A stretch of 64,000 bases of DNA from contig NC_045696.1 in NCBI RefSeq assembly GCF_009834535.1, positions 106,456,001 to 106,520,000 of the forward strand. Reading direction: 5' to 3'. Below, in pieces: positions 51,220 to 63,868 of the stretch (position 1 is the first letter of the stretch; the number at the start of each line of letters is the position of its first letter). Origin of the DNA: Camelus ferus. Taxonomy: Eukaryota. The notes beneath the pieces are model-generated. The model was not told where the DNA came from. It ran no database searches and saw nothing but the letters and a program-made list of their open reading frames with translations. The position numbers and the translations under genes are program-made.

Positions 51220-51647
51220 AAAAAAAATTAAAAAAAAATTTTTTTTGGTAGAAGGGAGGTAATTAGCTTGCTTTCTCTTCCTCCCTCCCTCCCTCCCTCT
51301 CTCTCCCTTTCTTTCTCTCTTTCTCCCTTTCTCTTCCTTCCTTCCTTCCTTTTTCTTTCTTATCTCCTCTTTCTCTCTCTCTTCTTTCCTCTCTCTTTCT
51401 TTCTTCTTATTTCTTCTGCTTTCTTTCCTTTCGTCTTTCTTCCTTTCTTCCTTTCTCCTTCTCCTTCCTTTCTCCTTCTTCCGTTCCTTCCTTTCCTTTC
51501 TTTCCTTCTTCTTTTTCTTTCTTTTTCTTTCTTTCTTTTCTTTCTTTCTCTCTCTCTCTCTTTTTCACTAGAGGTACTAGGGACTGAATCCAGGACCTTG
51601 TGCATGCTAAGCACATTCTCTACCACTGAAATATACCCTCACCCTGC
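51220..51647 (-). mobile_element. Vic-1-type SINE with an expanded internal pyrimidine tract, inserted into a MER5-like relic
   Basis: SINE head at 51570-51645; tail motif 'gggaggtaattag' near 51254; near-perfect TSD AAGGGG(A/C)AACTT at 51208-51219 and 51648-51659. Confidence 0.85.
51270..51566. repeat. ~300-bp CT-rich low-complexity tract
   Basis: Almost pure C/T on the + strand. Confidence 0.95.
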
Positions 51648-53239
51648 AAGGGGCAACTTTTAAAGAAATACTAACATTTCAGCCCAATGCCTAGGGATTT
51701 TTACTTAATTGCCCCATGACACAAAATTGCAAGGGATAATCAAGGTTTAGGAGGAGGTGCTCAGAATGGGGACTTCAGAGGAAACAGTTCCTGGTGACTG
51801 ACATCATTGAGCTGATAGGGGAGCTGGAAGGGGGATGGGGGGTGTGGTTGATGAGACAGCAAGTCACCAAAAGCCAAAGACTTGGCCATGGGGCCTCTGT
51901 CGGGGTGGGGGAGGTGAGAGGATCCATATCTTCAGGCACATCTTGGCCTCAGATTGGAGGCAGGAAGGGCTGGTAGAGGCGTCCAAAGTGGGGGAGCTCA
52001 GAGGAGGGAAGTCTGAGACCAGACCTCAGAAAAAAAGGCTCTTCACAATAAGGTGGGAGGGCCTTGATTCTCCAGAGAGCCCAGGGGGCCAATATGGAGG
52101 TCCTTCGTTTCTCATGAAATCCTACAGATGTGATACCAAGTGAGTATCATAGGCAAGTCTTTTAACCTCATGGACGCCAAGTCTCCTCAACTCTGGAGTG
52201 GCCTGGAGATATCTCTTACACAGAGATGTTGTGAGGATCAGATGCTACTTGGCACCATCATAGAACTAAGCCAGGCTCAGTAAGTTTCAGTCTCCTCCCC
52301 TTCCCTAAAAAGAAGTTCTCTCTCTCCAACCCCACGTGGCTTTGGCTTGTACTGTGTACAAGCTGGAATGGTGATAAAACACGGTGGATTTGAAAAAGCC
52401 ATGCAGGAGGGAGTGTGAAGGGCAGGAGTGGAAGATTTGACAAGAGGAGGAAGAGAAAGGCTCAGGCAAAGGTAGGGAGGAAGATCAGGAAAAGTGGGGT
52501 CAGGCACTGAGCAGGGGGTGGGTTGAGGGGTGAGGCAGTGTAGGGGTTTCCATCCTCAATGCCTTTCCTTTTCATCTCTTGGGCGAGCTCCAGCCACAAA
52601 ACCCCACCAAGAAATGATGCCCCGCCACTGACTAGTCCATGCTAGGATGTGATGCTTTGCGGGTGGCTGCCCTGCTCTCAAAGCATCAACCTCTACCACC
52701 ACAAGCTGAGGAGGTGTCTGATTCTTGGGTCTACATAGCTCTGATTATTGAGAAATCAGAGCAAGCAGCCCCAGTTTACACCTAAGGTATAGGTTCTCTT
52801 AGCCTTTGTAGATGTGTTCTCAGATCTCTGTGGGCTCTCCTTCAGATATACAAGAGTATGGGCACATTTAGATGTTTGTCCTCATATTTAAAAAGGCACA
52901 TTGATGCTAAAACTTGTCTCTTTTTAGAAGAAAAGGAAAGCAGCTTGACTGAAAACCAAGAGGCTCCCCCCATCTCATTTCAACACTGTAACTAACTTAT
53001 CATCACTCTGCCTCTTGGGATCAGTTTCTTCCACCTGACATCGGGGAAAGACAAGCTGGTTTTACAGGATCATGAGCGTTGCACTTTATGTGAAGCATTC
53101 AGCCAATAGTAAGAAGAAACAGATGAGGCAGTTCCTTTAGAAAGAATACTTAAGGGCAGTTTCATATTTTTTTCCCTTATGGATTTTTGCTTTAGAGTTT
53201 GTGGCACTGTTCTTTGGGTTAAATGTGGTTTCATAGGAA

Positions 53240-53322
53240 ATATACATACAGAAAACTGAATCACTATGCTGTACACGAGAAGCTAACACAACATTGTAAA
53301 TCAACCATACTTCAATTAAAAA
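53240..53322 (+). mobile_element. Short L1 3' end
   Basis: 'ctgaatcactatgctgtacacgagaagctaacacaacattgtaaatcaaccatacttcaattaaaa'. Confidence 0.8.
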
Positions 53323-55469
53323 GAATATGGTTTCATTAAAATCCCCCATTGCCATGTGTGTAAATATGATTGACAGGTTGATGGGAAATTCCCTAGTTCC
53401 CCACTGGCTGTTGTTTTCTTCACACTGAGCTAGTTAAGGGTAAATGCAGCCAATTGTGTGAAACAAATCAAGACCCTCAGTGCCTGCAAAGGGGCTGAGA
53501 ACCAGTGAAATGTCCAGAACACAGCAGGAATCGGGGGTGGAAAGGAGAAAGAAGGACCCTAACTAATCTTTACTTTGGATATTTGGAGTCACAAAAGGTG
53601 TTTGATTTTGGAGGAGGAAAAAACCTGGAAGATCAAATGTCCTAACAGATCTTTGGTGGTGTAGATATGACAGTAATGATTTAATGACACCAAGAACCAT
53701 CTTGTAAATGGGTTGCTGAGCACTTTCACACAAATGCCTTCTTGTGAGGCATTTCACACTTGGGGAAGGTGAGGTCAAGAGATGCAGGTGGCCAAGCTAC
53801 GCCCTCTGATCCCAACCTACCTGCCTCTAACCATAGGGCTCTGCCACTGCACCAAATTCAGTCCAAATATTTGCAACCATGTTAGAAGAAACAAGACTTG
53901 ACTATGATATCATCATGGAGGCCAGAGACATGAGTTTGCAGGACTTTGCCTCCTCTCCACCCTGCTCCTCAACTACCCATTGATTTTCCCTCCGACTGTG
54001 CCCAGGGAGGGGAAATGGGAATGACACACAAATCATCCACTCTTTAAACCTGACATTCTTCACTGTGCATTGTTAATGACGTTGCTATAAGTCGGTGAAG
54101 GTGCCGATGTGCCTTCTACTCATCTGCTCAAGCCCAGACCAAGCTCTTCAATTCTAAAGGGAGCCCCTTCTAGCTGGAATGAGCATGGGTCGACTCAAGT
54201 TGAGTCAAGGACATGACCTGGGAGACTTTCAGCCTTGGGTTCACACCCTGCTTCTGCCCAATCTTCTATCCATGGGAATTTGGGCATGTGCCTCCCTCCC
54301 TGGGCCTTTCCAATCTTGTAAAAATCAAGCTAATACACATTTCCTTATATTGCTGTGAAGATTAAACTGGAGACTTTTTGTGCAATCCAATGAACAATAT
54401 CTGTTTTTATTTCTGGGCATGGTTTTGGAGAATTCCATGCTACATTGACTGTTCAGAATCCAGTGAGGGAGAATCTTGGGCTGTAAATTATACAGAGCTG
54501 ATAACATACAGATAAACAGTCCTGCTGCTATCACTGTTTATCTCATTTCCATCCATCTGTAGGTTAGAGAATACAGCTAGTTGAATAGAATTAAGTTATT
54601 CTATGGCTGTCAGTTCCAACTAAACATGATCCATTTTTATCAGATGAAGGAAGAGTTAAGTGAAATTTTGGCAAGAAAAGAGCTTATACTTAGGAAAATT
54701 GAATAACTGGTAGTGATGATTATGATTACTAAGTAAAGTACTAGGATGCTATCTGCCGCCTGCCTTTCTAGCACATTTAGGCTTGCTTCTCTGCGGGAGG
54801 GTGGTACTCCCCTCTGAGTCCTAGGTCAAAATGAAACTCTCTGCAACCTTCCATTTCTACCTCCAAGCATTCCTCTCAGCTCCTTGAGTTCAGGACTCTC
54901 CTCCCCAAGCCCTTGGTCATGTTCAAGCAGCTGTTCCCAATAGCCAAGTCCACTCCTGGCTGCTTAATGTCACTCCTTTCAGCTCTCTCAGAAGCCCCAC
55001 AAGTGTCCACAAGCCACCCTCTGGCCTCCTCTCTGGCTGCTTCATTGCTTTATGTCCCTGCCCTCAGCTTTTGAGTTTTTTCCTAGCCTGTTCTTCCTGA
55101 TATTCTTCCCACCCTTCCCTCCCCTCATTAGTTAGCCATATCTTAAGTCATCAAACAAGTATTTGCATTTGGGAATGCCAGCTTACACTGTAGTCACTCC
55201 TGCTGTGTGAGGGCTGGCTCCTCTTAAATTCACACTGGTCTCCATGAACACACATGATCAATGATCTAAAGTATCTCCTTTTCTACAAACTCAGTCCCAA
55301 GAAACGTCTTCCCTGGCTTTTGGTGGGATCCTGTTCCCCCGATGCAGACAGGCAGGGTGGGGGTACACCTCTGTGAAGGCTGCCGGGAGCTTTTCAGATC
55401 TGTGAGCAGTATCAGGACGGGATATGCTCAGTGCTATCCGAGTGCTTGGGGGTTGGTACCCAGATCTGG

Positions 55470-56130
55470 GGGAGCCTACTTAATTGGGGGATGTGAGGAG
55501 GCATCAGGGAAGAGGTAGTGTTTGAGCTGGACCTCCCATATGGGAAGATCTGTGGAGATGGCAGTTGGGGTGGTAGAGGGGGGCATTTGGGCAGTGGGGT
55601 CAGTGGGCATCCGAGGCCAAGCACAGGGTAGAGTAAATGGACAGGGAGAAGCACAGCCTGGGGGAGAGGAATAGTAAGAGGTGGGTCAGGGAAGGCAGGT
55701 GAGGGATGTCGGAGGGCATGGTGTCAGGTTGTTACCCCTGCACCTAATTAGGCTGACAGAAGGGAACCATGGAAGGTGTTTGTGTTTTGAAATCTCTAGG
55801 GAGGTGAGAATTGAGAACTGGAAGCTGGTGGTTGAAAGATTCTGCCCTACCTTCTACCATAGTGCAAAGGGGCAAACCCTTTAAAGGGATGAAGGAGAGA
55901 AACCAGATTGCAAAAGGTTGAGAATGAGGGGTGGTAGAAAAATTCAGTCTTTTAATTTGGTTGTTAGGGACACAGGAAGAGACAGAACTTGACAGTGATC
56001 AGAAGCAAGAGAAGATTTTCCAGGAAAGGAGGCTATAAGCATGAGTGAGGAGGAGAGATGAAAGAGGCAAGAAGGGGGGGGGGGCCCATCAGTGGAGATG
56101 ACCAGATGGTGGGTGTAGGGTCTCCAGAGC
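55470..56130 (-). mobile_element. Degenerate L2 fragments
   Basis: 'ggcatcagggaagaggtagtgtttgagctggacct', 'gggaaccatggaaggtgttt', 'gccagattgc'-like L2 motifs in a purine-rich stretch. Confidence 0.5.
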
Positions 56131-57619
56131 CTGGGATGGGGGTGGGGAGAGAGGTTGGCTTTGGATGGGAGAGAGAAAAGGGATTTTGTTCTGCAGAGAG
56201 TCGAACTGCTGGTGGGGAGATGAGGAGAGGTTCTGAGAGGGCTTAGGGAGGATAGGATCCCTCTGTAGAACAGGGAAGACACATGAGAGGCAGCAGTAGG
56301 GGCTGGCCATTTAGGAGAGAGGGAATATTTGGGACCCCCATGGGTGGAAAGATACAGAATGAGCAAGAGATTGATAACGTGTGATGGGGCCTTGGGAAGA
56401 GGTTATTGAGCCAGAGTTCTGGAATGTTGTGCCTTAATTTTGAATATAAGATCAATCTTATCTTTTCATTGAATAGTTAAAGTTAGGTGTAGCTAGCAAC
56501 TTAACAACCCACGGTCTTGCATCTACTCTCTTCTGACCTTTCGCATCACACTACAGCATCATCCCTCCTCCCGTCCTTCCTCTGGAGATTTCTTCCCTCT
56601 GGCAGAGTTCTACCTCCCTTTGCTTTTCTCTAAGCAGGTCTCAATGATTGGTTTGTCCTGTAATACAAGTGGCTTCTAAAAATGGAGTAAATACCCCAAT
56701 TCTTCTACTTTGACACCCACATTCTATTTCTTTCTGCAAATGAAGATGAATTAGTTGAAGGGCTTTCACAATTCAGTTTCAAGGACTTCACAAGCTCTTA
56801 ACAGTTTTGTGTAAATTTATTCCCATCCACCTGTCCACAAGGTGTTTGTTTCAGAGAGGCAAAACCCAGCACTTTTCTTTTCCTCACCAAACTCACATTT
56901 TGGTCAGTCCTTGGAGCCACTGATTAGCCTGACCTTTTATTTATTTATTTATTTTTTGCTTTTTTCTAAAACAACAACAACAACAAAAACAAGTAGAGCT
57001 CCCTTAAGATCTAGAATGCAAAGCTCTTATGATGCTTACTTGAAATAATTATCTGTATTAGAAGCAGGGATTTAACAACTTTCATGTTCAAGGGAGAAAC
57101 GATGTCACATTTATAATTATATTTATATTCTGAAATCTTTATCATATAATTATAATTTTATACTTATATTCTGACACGCCTTGTGTTTTAGGCGTGCAAA
57201 CCAGAACCTCTCCCCACAAGAGCAGGAAAAGGATAGTCATAATTTAATGGCAATATAGACTTTCTAGCACCTACGGAGACTCCAACTTTTCAAAGAAAAA
57301 TTGCATTGACATGCAAATGAAATGACATTAGCTCCCAAAAAACGTTTTCGGCGTAAGAAAACAGTCACCATCCTACATCCCTGCTCCCATGTATGTGGGG
57401 GCAAGAGCAGGTCACACGCAGGTACGTGCACACAGTTACTTTCCTCTTTGAGAATCATTGTCTATTCCAGTACTACGGTCCTGCCCTCACCATAGACCCA
57501 GTCTTTTCAGGGCTGGCTTCCTTTGTCCTGAGAATGAATTCTCCTTTGTTCTCCCCTGTGACTATACCCCTCCTTGACCCGGGGCCAGCTTCTCTCATTC
57601 ACACCTCTGCTCCTGAGCC

Positions 57620-58300
57620 AGCGCTGCTGCGAGGGTCAGGCCCTGCGCGTGTTTCCGAGGCCCCGTTCCGGCCGCACCTGCCCCGCGCGTACCTGGCAGG
57701 CCCAGGATGGTGAAGTAGGGCCGGCACTCGGTGAAGCCGGAGCTCTGCTGCACGCAGCTGCGCCACAGCCCCTCGTACTGGAACACGGAGGTGACGGGGC
57801 TGTCGTAGAGGTCCTGGGTGCTCCACCTGTCCATCCCCGTGGCGGCGATGCAGCCGGCCAGGCCCAGGACGGACAGGAGGAAGCCCACCACTTGGTAAAC
57901 GGTGGTGGACATGGCCTCGGCCCCCGTCCCAGCTGCCGCCTTCGTCCTGCCACGCTCTTGGGGTAGCTGCTCTGATCAGATGATTTCCCTCGGCCTTTGG
58001 TGTTTGCTCACAGTGTTTTCCTTAGATAGTTCAGTTTCACTCCAGATTCAAGGGCATTATTTTTTCATTTGTTAGCGAAGCAGCCCAAGAGGCACTTGTC
58101 CCGCTGAGCGGCCCAGTCTCAGCTAGTTCGAGGGCGCGGCGGTCTGAGTGGACCTCCGCCCCATCCCAGGTCGGGCTGCGCCCGAGCAGGCCACCACCTG
58201 GGGAAAAGGCACCGCTGAGAGCCCCCACAAGCCCGTCCTTGAGGCTCTGCTCACCACGGAAAACCACTTGGCCTGACCTCACTTAAAAACAATGGCCCCA
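57620..58300 (-). promoter_or_regulatory. CLDN18: CpG-rich region over CLDN18.1 exon 1 and its proximal promoter
   Basis: Visibly CpG-dense compared with the flanks. FOXA-like TGTTTGC at 58001-58007; NKX2-type CACTTG at 58093-58098 and 58265-58270. The lung promoter is a known NKX2-1 target. Confidence 0.6.
57693..57912 (-). CDS. CLDN18: Claudin-18 exon 1, lung isoform 18.1 (MSTTVYQVVG...W...GLWRSC...C...ILGLP)
   Basis: Claudin signature W-GLW-C-C. Isoform-1 diagnostic residues (MSTT, FQYEGLW, RPYFTI). 220 nt, donor CAG|gtacgc. Confidence 0.97.
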
Positions 58301-60844
58301 GGAAATCTCCGCTTACAGCAGACGTTCACATTTTTACCTCACAACTCATAAACCACCTTTCACTGACATCTTCCATTTTAATCTTACAGAAATGGATAGG
58401 GCAGTATTATCCACCACATTTTTTTTTTCGGTGGGGGGAGGTGAATCAAGTGAGGTACAAATAGGTTAAGGAACTTGTCCAAGTACTTTGAACCACAGAT
58501 GCTTTAAAGATGGCGAAAGTGGGGCTTGCACCTCAACTCTTTCTCTGTTTCCATATGGAGTGGCAAGAGCAGGCAAAGTTGTCCCTATTTTCAAGAACAG
58601 GAAGCCAAATCCTATAGATAGGCTCTTGGTCCACAGGCATGGAACTGGGATGAGGAGAAGCAGGCATCGTGTGGACCCCTGCTTCATCCTTTCACTCCTC
58701 CTACAAGAACCACATGAAGACCATGTGGCAGGCAGACAAGGAAGTTCCACAAAGTCAGTAGGAGAGAGCAGGGCAGGCTGGGCTCCGGACCCTGACCTGG
58801 TTACTGAGAGGCTTGGGATCCACTCCCGACGCTGACCCTAACATGCTGTTTGCTGGGTGATTTGGGGCAAACTGCTCAGCCTCTGTGGGTCACAGTTCCT
58901 TCATCTCTAGCACGGGCAGACTAAACTAGAATATCTTAGCTCCCTTGCAGGTCTCACACACTGTAGTCTTCTACATTTGGGAGAAAAGTTTTCACTACAG
59001 TTGGCCAAAATATCAGGAATAACACAATCATGAAAAAGATCGGCTTGGCCGGAGATCAGCCATTGCACTTTGTCTACATAATTTGGTTTTCAAATTACGT
59101 TAGTGCGTGGATGGACCTGCTGCTGCCTGTGGGTCATGGGTGGCAGCCTCTGAATTCAGATACCTTTTATTCTTTTTTTAAAAAATAAACTGAAGTATAT
59201 TCAGATACATTTTGATGAGACCTTCCCCAAATCTGGTTGTCAAGGCCCTGCTACACACCCACACCCACCCACACCCCAACCCTAACCTGTGCAGGTTCTC
59301 CAGGAAACAAGCCTGTGCATCTAGACATTTCAATGTTATCTTGGGTGCACCCAGCTACCACTCCCACGAGTTTATTCCCAGCAAACACAGAAAGCAGATA
59401 CGCAAGTTCGCCCCTCTGATTTGAATGGAGGTAACACTCCCCTCAACCTACACCTTGCTCTCGGTTCTGTGATCAGTGTTTGTGGACAAAGAATGATCCA
59501 GAAAACCCCAAAGAAGAGAGCAACAAAGGGTTGTATGACTTAAGGTGAAGTCGTGTTGGTGGTTCTGTATCCCATGAACTGAACTACAAGGCCAAGTCTA
59601 AAAGGTGGGGACAGGGCAGCTAGACAAAATGACCCTAGTCTCTGCTGGTGGACCAGGTGGGGTGATTGACCAATTTGATTGAAAAATGTTGGAATCATTC
59701 AGGAGTGATTATGCCACCGTTTCTGTGGACAGAATTCATATTACTCCTATTTCAACTGAGAGGCAGGCTTTATATTCACAAAGAGATCTAGAAGGGCTTA
59801 GTTTCCAGCTGTTCATTTATAACATTTGTCTAAACCCTGCCCCCCTCCCCCGCCTTGATGACAATGCCACCAAAACAGTAGACTGAAAATGGAGAAATTA
59901 AAAAGAAAAGGTTATTATAGTTATCGAGTCTCACTCATGACAGTTTTCCCTCCTATTTCCATATGCAAATTTTTTTATGCAAAACTTCAAAACAGGAAAA
60001 ATAGTTATTTAGGTAATAATGAATTAAGCTTTCTTTCTTATTTGAAATGGTGACAGTGACTTTCCTTTTTTGGAGGAAGGAAAAGTTAATTATAAAGGTT
60101 AAACTAAATCTCCCATTACCTAGGCAGAATATTGAATGAGTAGAGGGAAACTGTAAGTCTACACACTTAAAAAAAAATGTGAAATAAATATTGACATGTT
60201 TTAAAACATCTTAACAATGGGAATTTCCACTTCCTGGCAAATTTTCTGTGCGCTGGAATGAGCGGACCACTGCTTTAGCTGTCATTGCCGAAGAGTGAAT
60301 GGGGGTCCACAGAGGAAAATCTGGCTTCCTTGTTCATGTAAATAGAATTTGTTAAAATATATTAAATGTATCTCTAATAATAGTGGCAGTTCATGGTCTG
60401 ATTATAATAATATATAATAAAATAATGATAATTCATGTTCTAATTCTTTTGAACAATAATGGGGTTATTACAACTTTGTTTAATCACCTTTAAAATGGAG
60501 CAAATTTTTTGCTAGCTTTTTAGGGGGTATCACCTGTAGGGAGAATATATTCAGCTTTAACTATGGTTCTGGTAGTGCCATGTCAGGCTGTGCATTTCCA
60601 GGGACTTACATTCTTTCACTGTCATTGGCAAAAACCTGTCCCCTACCTCTTCTTTACTTCTTTATAGGAATATTAATATAACACCATCTATGGTAATTAG
60701 GCAAAATGGTGGTCACCTAGCAATATAATATTATATAATATTACAGCTAGGGAGGAGTAAAATTAGTATATTAGCAAGAAAAATAATTGCTACATCTATT
60801 GATTTTTTTTCTTTTAAAATATTAACACACCTAATATTCCAAAT

Positions 60845-61185
60845 TTCTTTTCTTTTTTTAATGGAAGTGTAGTTGATTTACAGTGTTGTGTTAGTTTCTG
60901 TGTGCAGCAAAGCGATTCAATTATACATGTATTTTCTTTTTCATTATAGGTTATTACAAGCCACTGAATATAGTTCCCTGTGCTATACAGTAGGACCTTG
61001 TTGTTTACCTATTTCATATATAGTAGTCTGTATCTGCTAATCCCAAATGCCTAATTTATCCCTCCCCCCAGCTTTCCCTTTTGGTACCCATAAATTTGTT
61101 TTCTACATCTGTGAGTTTGTTTCTATTTTGTAAGTAAGTTCATTTGTATCATTTTCTAGATTCCACATGTAAGTGGTATCGTATA
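60845..61185 (-). mobile_element. L1 3' end
   Basis: Same terminus as the 33697-33992 copy. Confidence 0.88.
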
Positions 61186-61199
61186 TATATCCTACATAT

Positions 61200-63100
61200 C
61201 CTAATTTCCGGCTCCACCTTTTGGTGTTCACAGTAGAAAATTTGGAAGTCGGGAGAATTTTTAATAATCACTCATAACCTGAAAGTATTTTGCATACTTT
61301 CTTTTTACCCATTCTCTGTATATATATTTTTACATGATTAAGAGATTATACCATTTAATGTTTTGACTCTTTTCACTTAACTGCATACATGTGCAATTAA
61401 GGCACCTCATAAACATTGTTTAATATATTCAATGTTAAACATTTAATTTAATATGAGTATGTTAGTGTTCCATTATGTAGAAGTGCTCTTATTCACCTAA
61501 ACAGCATCTATTCTTATATAGTTAGATCATTCCCCTGCCCCAATTTTTTTTGGTATGAAAAACAGTGTTATGATGAACATTTTTCACATAACTCTTTGCT
61601 AGCATTTCTGATTACTCTTTTAGGACAGATTCCCACGAGTGGAATTAAGATATCAAAGGGAGTAAAGCTTAAAAATATCTTTTTTATGTAGAACCAGATT
61701 TTTGTCTATGAATTTTATTCCTAGCAGCAGTATTTGAAAGCCCTTACCTCACTGCACCCTTCCCTACACTGTGAATTTGGTAAGTTTTAATTTGCATTAC
61801 TTTGGTTCTTAATGAGCTTGAAACTATTTTTTTAAACAAATATTTATGGAGCATTTGTTTTTCCCTTTTCTTGAGTTGTCAGTTTGTACTTCTTCCTTAT
61901 TTATTTACTGGAATTTTAGCACTTTTTTTTATAAATGTATATGAATTACTTACTTGTTAAGGATCTTATATTGCTAAGATGACAAAAAACTTTTCCCATT
62001 GATTATTTGCTTTTTAATTTTTTTCATGGTTTTAGAGAAAAATACTGTATTCCATTCATATGCTCCACAGTACCTGGTGCATAATAGGTGCTTAATAAAT
62101 ATTTGTTGAATGATGTAGTGAAATCTTTTCTTTTTTTGTTTTTCTCCATCATTTCTATGCTTAGGAAGTTATTTTCCATTTAGAAATTATATTAGAATTA
62201 TTTTAGAATTTTAGAAAATTCCAAAGTATTTTATATATTTTTATACTTAATTATCTAGGATCTACTTTGGTTTATATGCTGTAATTCTTTTTTCCCTCAA
62301 AAAAGCTAATCAGTAATTTTTGCAGCACTTATACTGAATAACCTCCCCTTTCCCCATGGCTTTGTAAAATCTTCTGTCTATATTAAGTTCACGTATATGT
62401 CTTTCTGTTTTAAGGTTTTATTCCATGACCTGTCTGTCCACATTTAGGCCAAAGCACCCTTTTAATTATTGCAGCTTTAGAATTTGGCTTAATATCTTCC
62501 TGGCAGAGTTATTCCCCTACTTTTGTTTTGTTCTTAAAAAAAATTTAAAAATCGATTTCCTCTACTTCTTATAGATAACCACTTTGTCAAGTTCCCAAAG
62601 GAAAATGCTTACTGGTATTTTGATCAGAATTCTTATAATGAGGAAGAGCTTGGGCTGTGCAGAAAGTCTGCCTGGGTTTGAATCCTCACCTTCCGCTTAC
62701 TACTACAGTGTCACTGGGCAAATTCTATAGCCCTTTTGTACTTCAGTTTCCTCATTTATAAAATGGAGATAATACTACTCCTTACTTCACAGGGTTGTTG
62801 TGAAAATTAAAGTCAGTATAGGTAATTTATGTAAATGTATACAAGTATGTCAATTATATTTAAAAATGTAAATTAACACACGCTAATTTCTTGAACCAAT
62901 GCTTTAGCACATACTAAGGTCTCAATACATTTTATTATTATTGTATACTTATACTATTTATTATTACACATTAATTAGGAAAAAATTCACATCTTTATAA
63001 TCATCGTATCTAGGAACCTGTAGTGTATATTTCCATTTAACCGACTTAAATTTTTCTTGCTAAACCTCTTTTCTCGCTTTGATTCTTGCCAAATATTTAA
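61200..63100 (-). mobile_element. Old L1ME-like fragments with a nested MIR (~62645-62940, +)
   Basis: AT-rich degenerate L1 motifs; MIR core 'cctgggtttgaatcc...cttcagtttcctcatttataaaatggagataata'. Confidence 0.6.
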
Positions 63101-63391
63101 AGATATTATTCATTTGTGTTTAACACATATCTTTGTGCTGTACTGGCTCCCTCCCCGGTTCTCATCACACACAAAGAGAATTAAGTTATTTTAATTCTCT
63201 TAATACACTACACAAGCCACTGTGTCTTTTCCAAAGATGTTCTCTCTCCTTCTGGAAAATACTTTACCTCTTCATCTTTTTGGGTACTCATTCATGACTT
63301 TCACTCAGCTCAGCTGTCCTTTCCTTTAGGAAGTCTTCCTCTCCTCACGTCTGCCCCTTGGACTGTACAGGGCATTTGCTATGCCTTACTG

Positions 63392-63607
63392 CAGAGATTC
63401 TTAACTGGGGCTGGTTTTGCCTCCAGGGGATATATGGCAAAGTCTGGAGACATTTTTGTTATAACCAGGAAGGGGGAGGGTGCTTCTACTCCCATCTAGT
63501 GGATGGAGGACAGAAATGCTGCTAAATATCCTTTACTGCACAGAACAGTATCCTGGATAGAAGAAATGGGCTTAAAATGTAAATAGTGCCAAGGTTGAGA
63601 AACTTTG
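63392..63607 (+). mobile_element. MER20, near full length
   Basis: 'cagagattcttaactgggg...ttttgcctccagggga...tctggagacatttttg...aatagtgccaaggttgagaaactttg'. Confidence 0.88.
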
Positions 63608-63734
63608 AGTTGCAATGGCTTGTTTACCTTTGGCCTCTCTTTCTAGATTTGTAAGCCTTTTGATATCTATGTCCCACATCTGCAGACAGCTTGGGGCATA
63701 GTAGGTGCTCAATAAAGTTCTTTCTAATGCCACA

Positions 63735-63868
63735 TTTTTTGGGGGAGGAGGGAAGAGGTAATTAGGTTTGTTTGTTTATTTATTTATTTTAATGGAGGTA
63801 CTGGGGATTGAACCCAGGACCTTGTGCATGCTAGGCATGCACTCTACCACTGAGCTACACTCTCCTCC
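63735..63868 (-). mobile_element. Vic-1-type SINE with an 11-bp TSD
   Basis: TSD CTAATGCCACA at 63724-63734 and 63869-63879; tRNA-like head. Confidence 0.93.

Noticed and set aside
51268..51663. Hydrophobic F/L/S-rich and K/E/R-rich ORFs
   Set aside because: Translations of the CT microsatellite and the SINE.
63795..63868. tRNA genes (also at 23040, 26750, 37500, 51570)
   Set aside because: The tRNA-like heads carry A-rich tails and TSDs, so they are SINEs.
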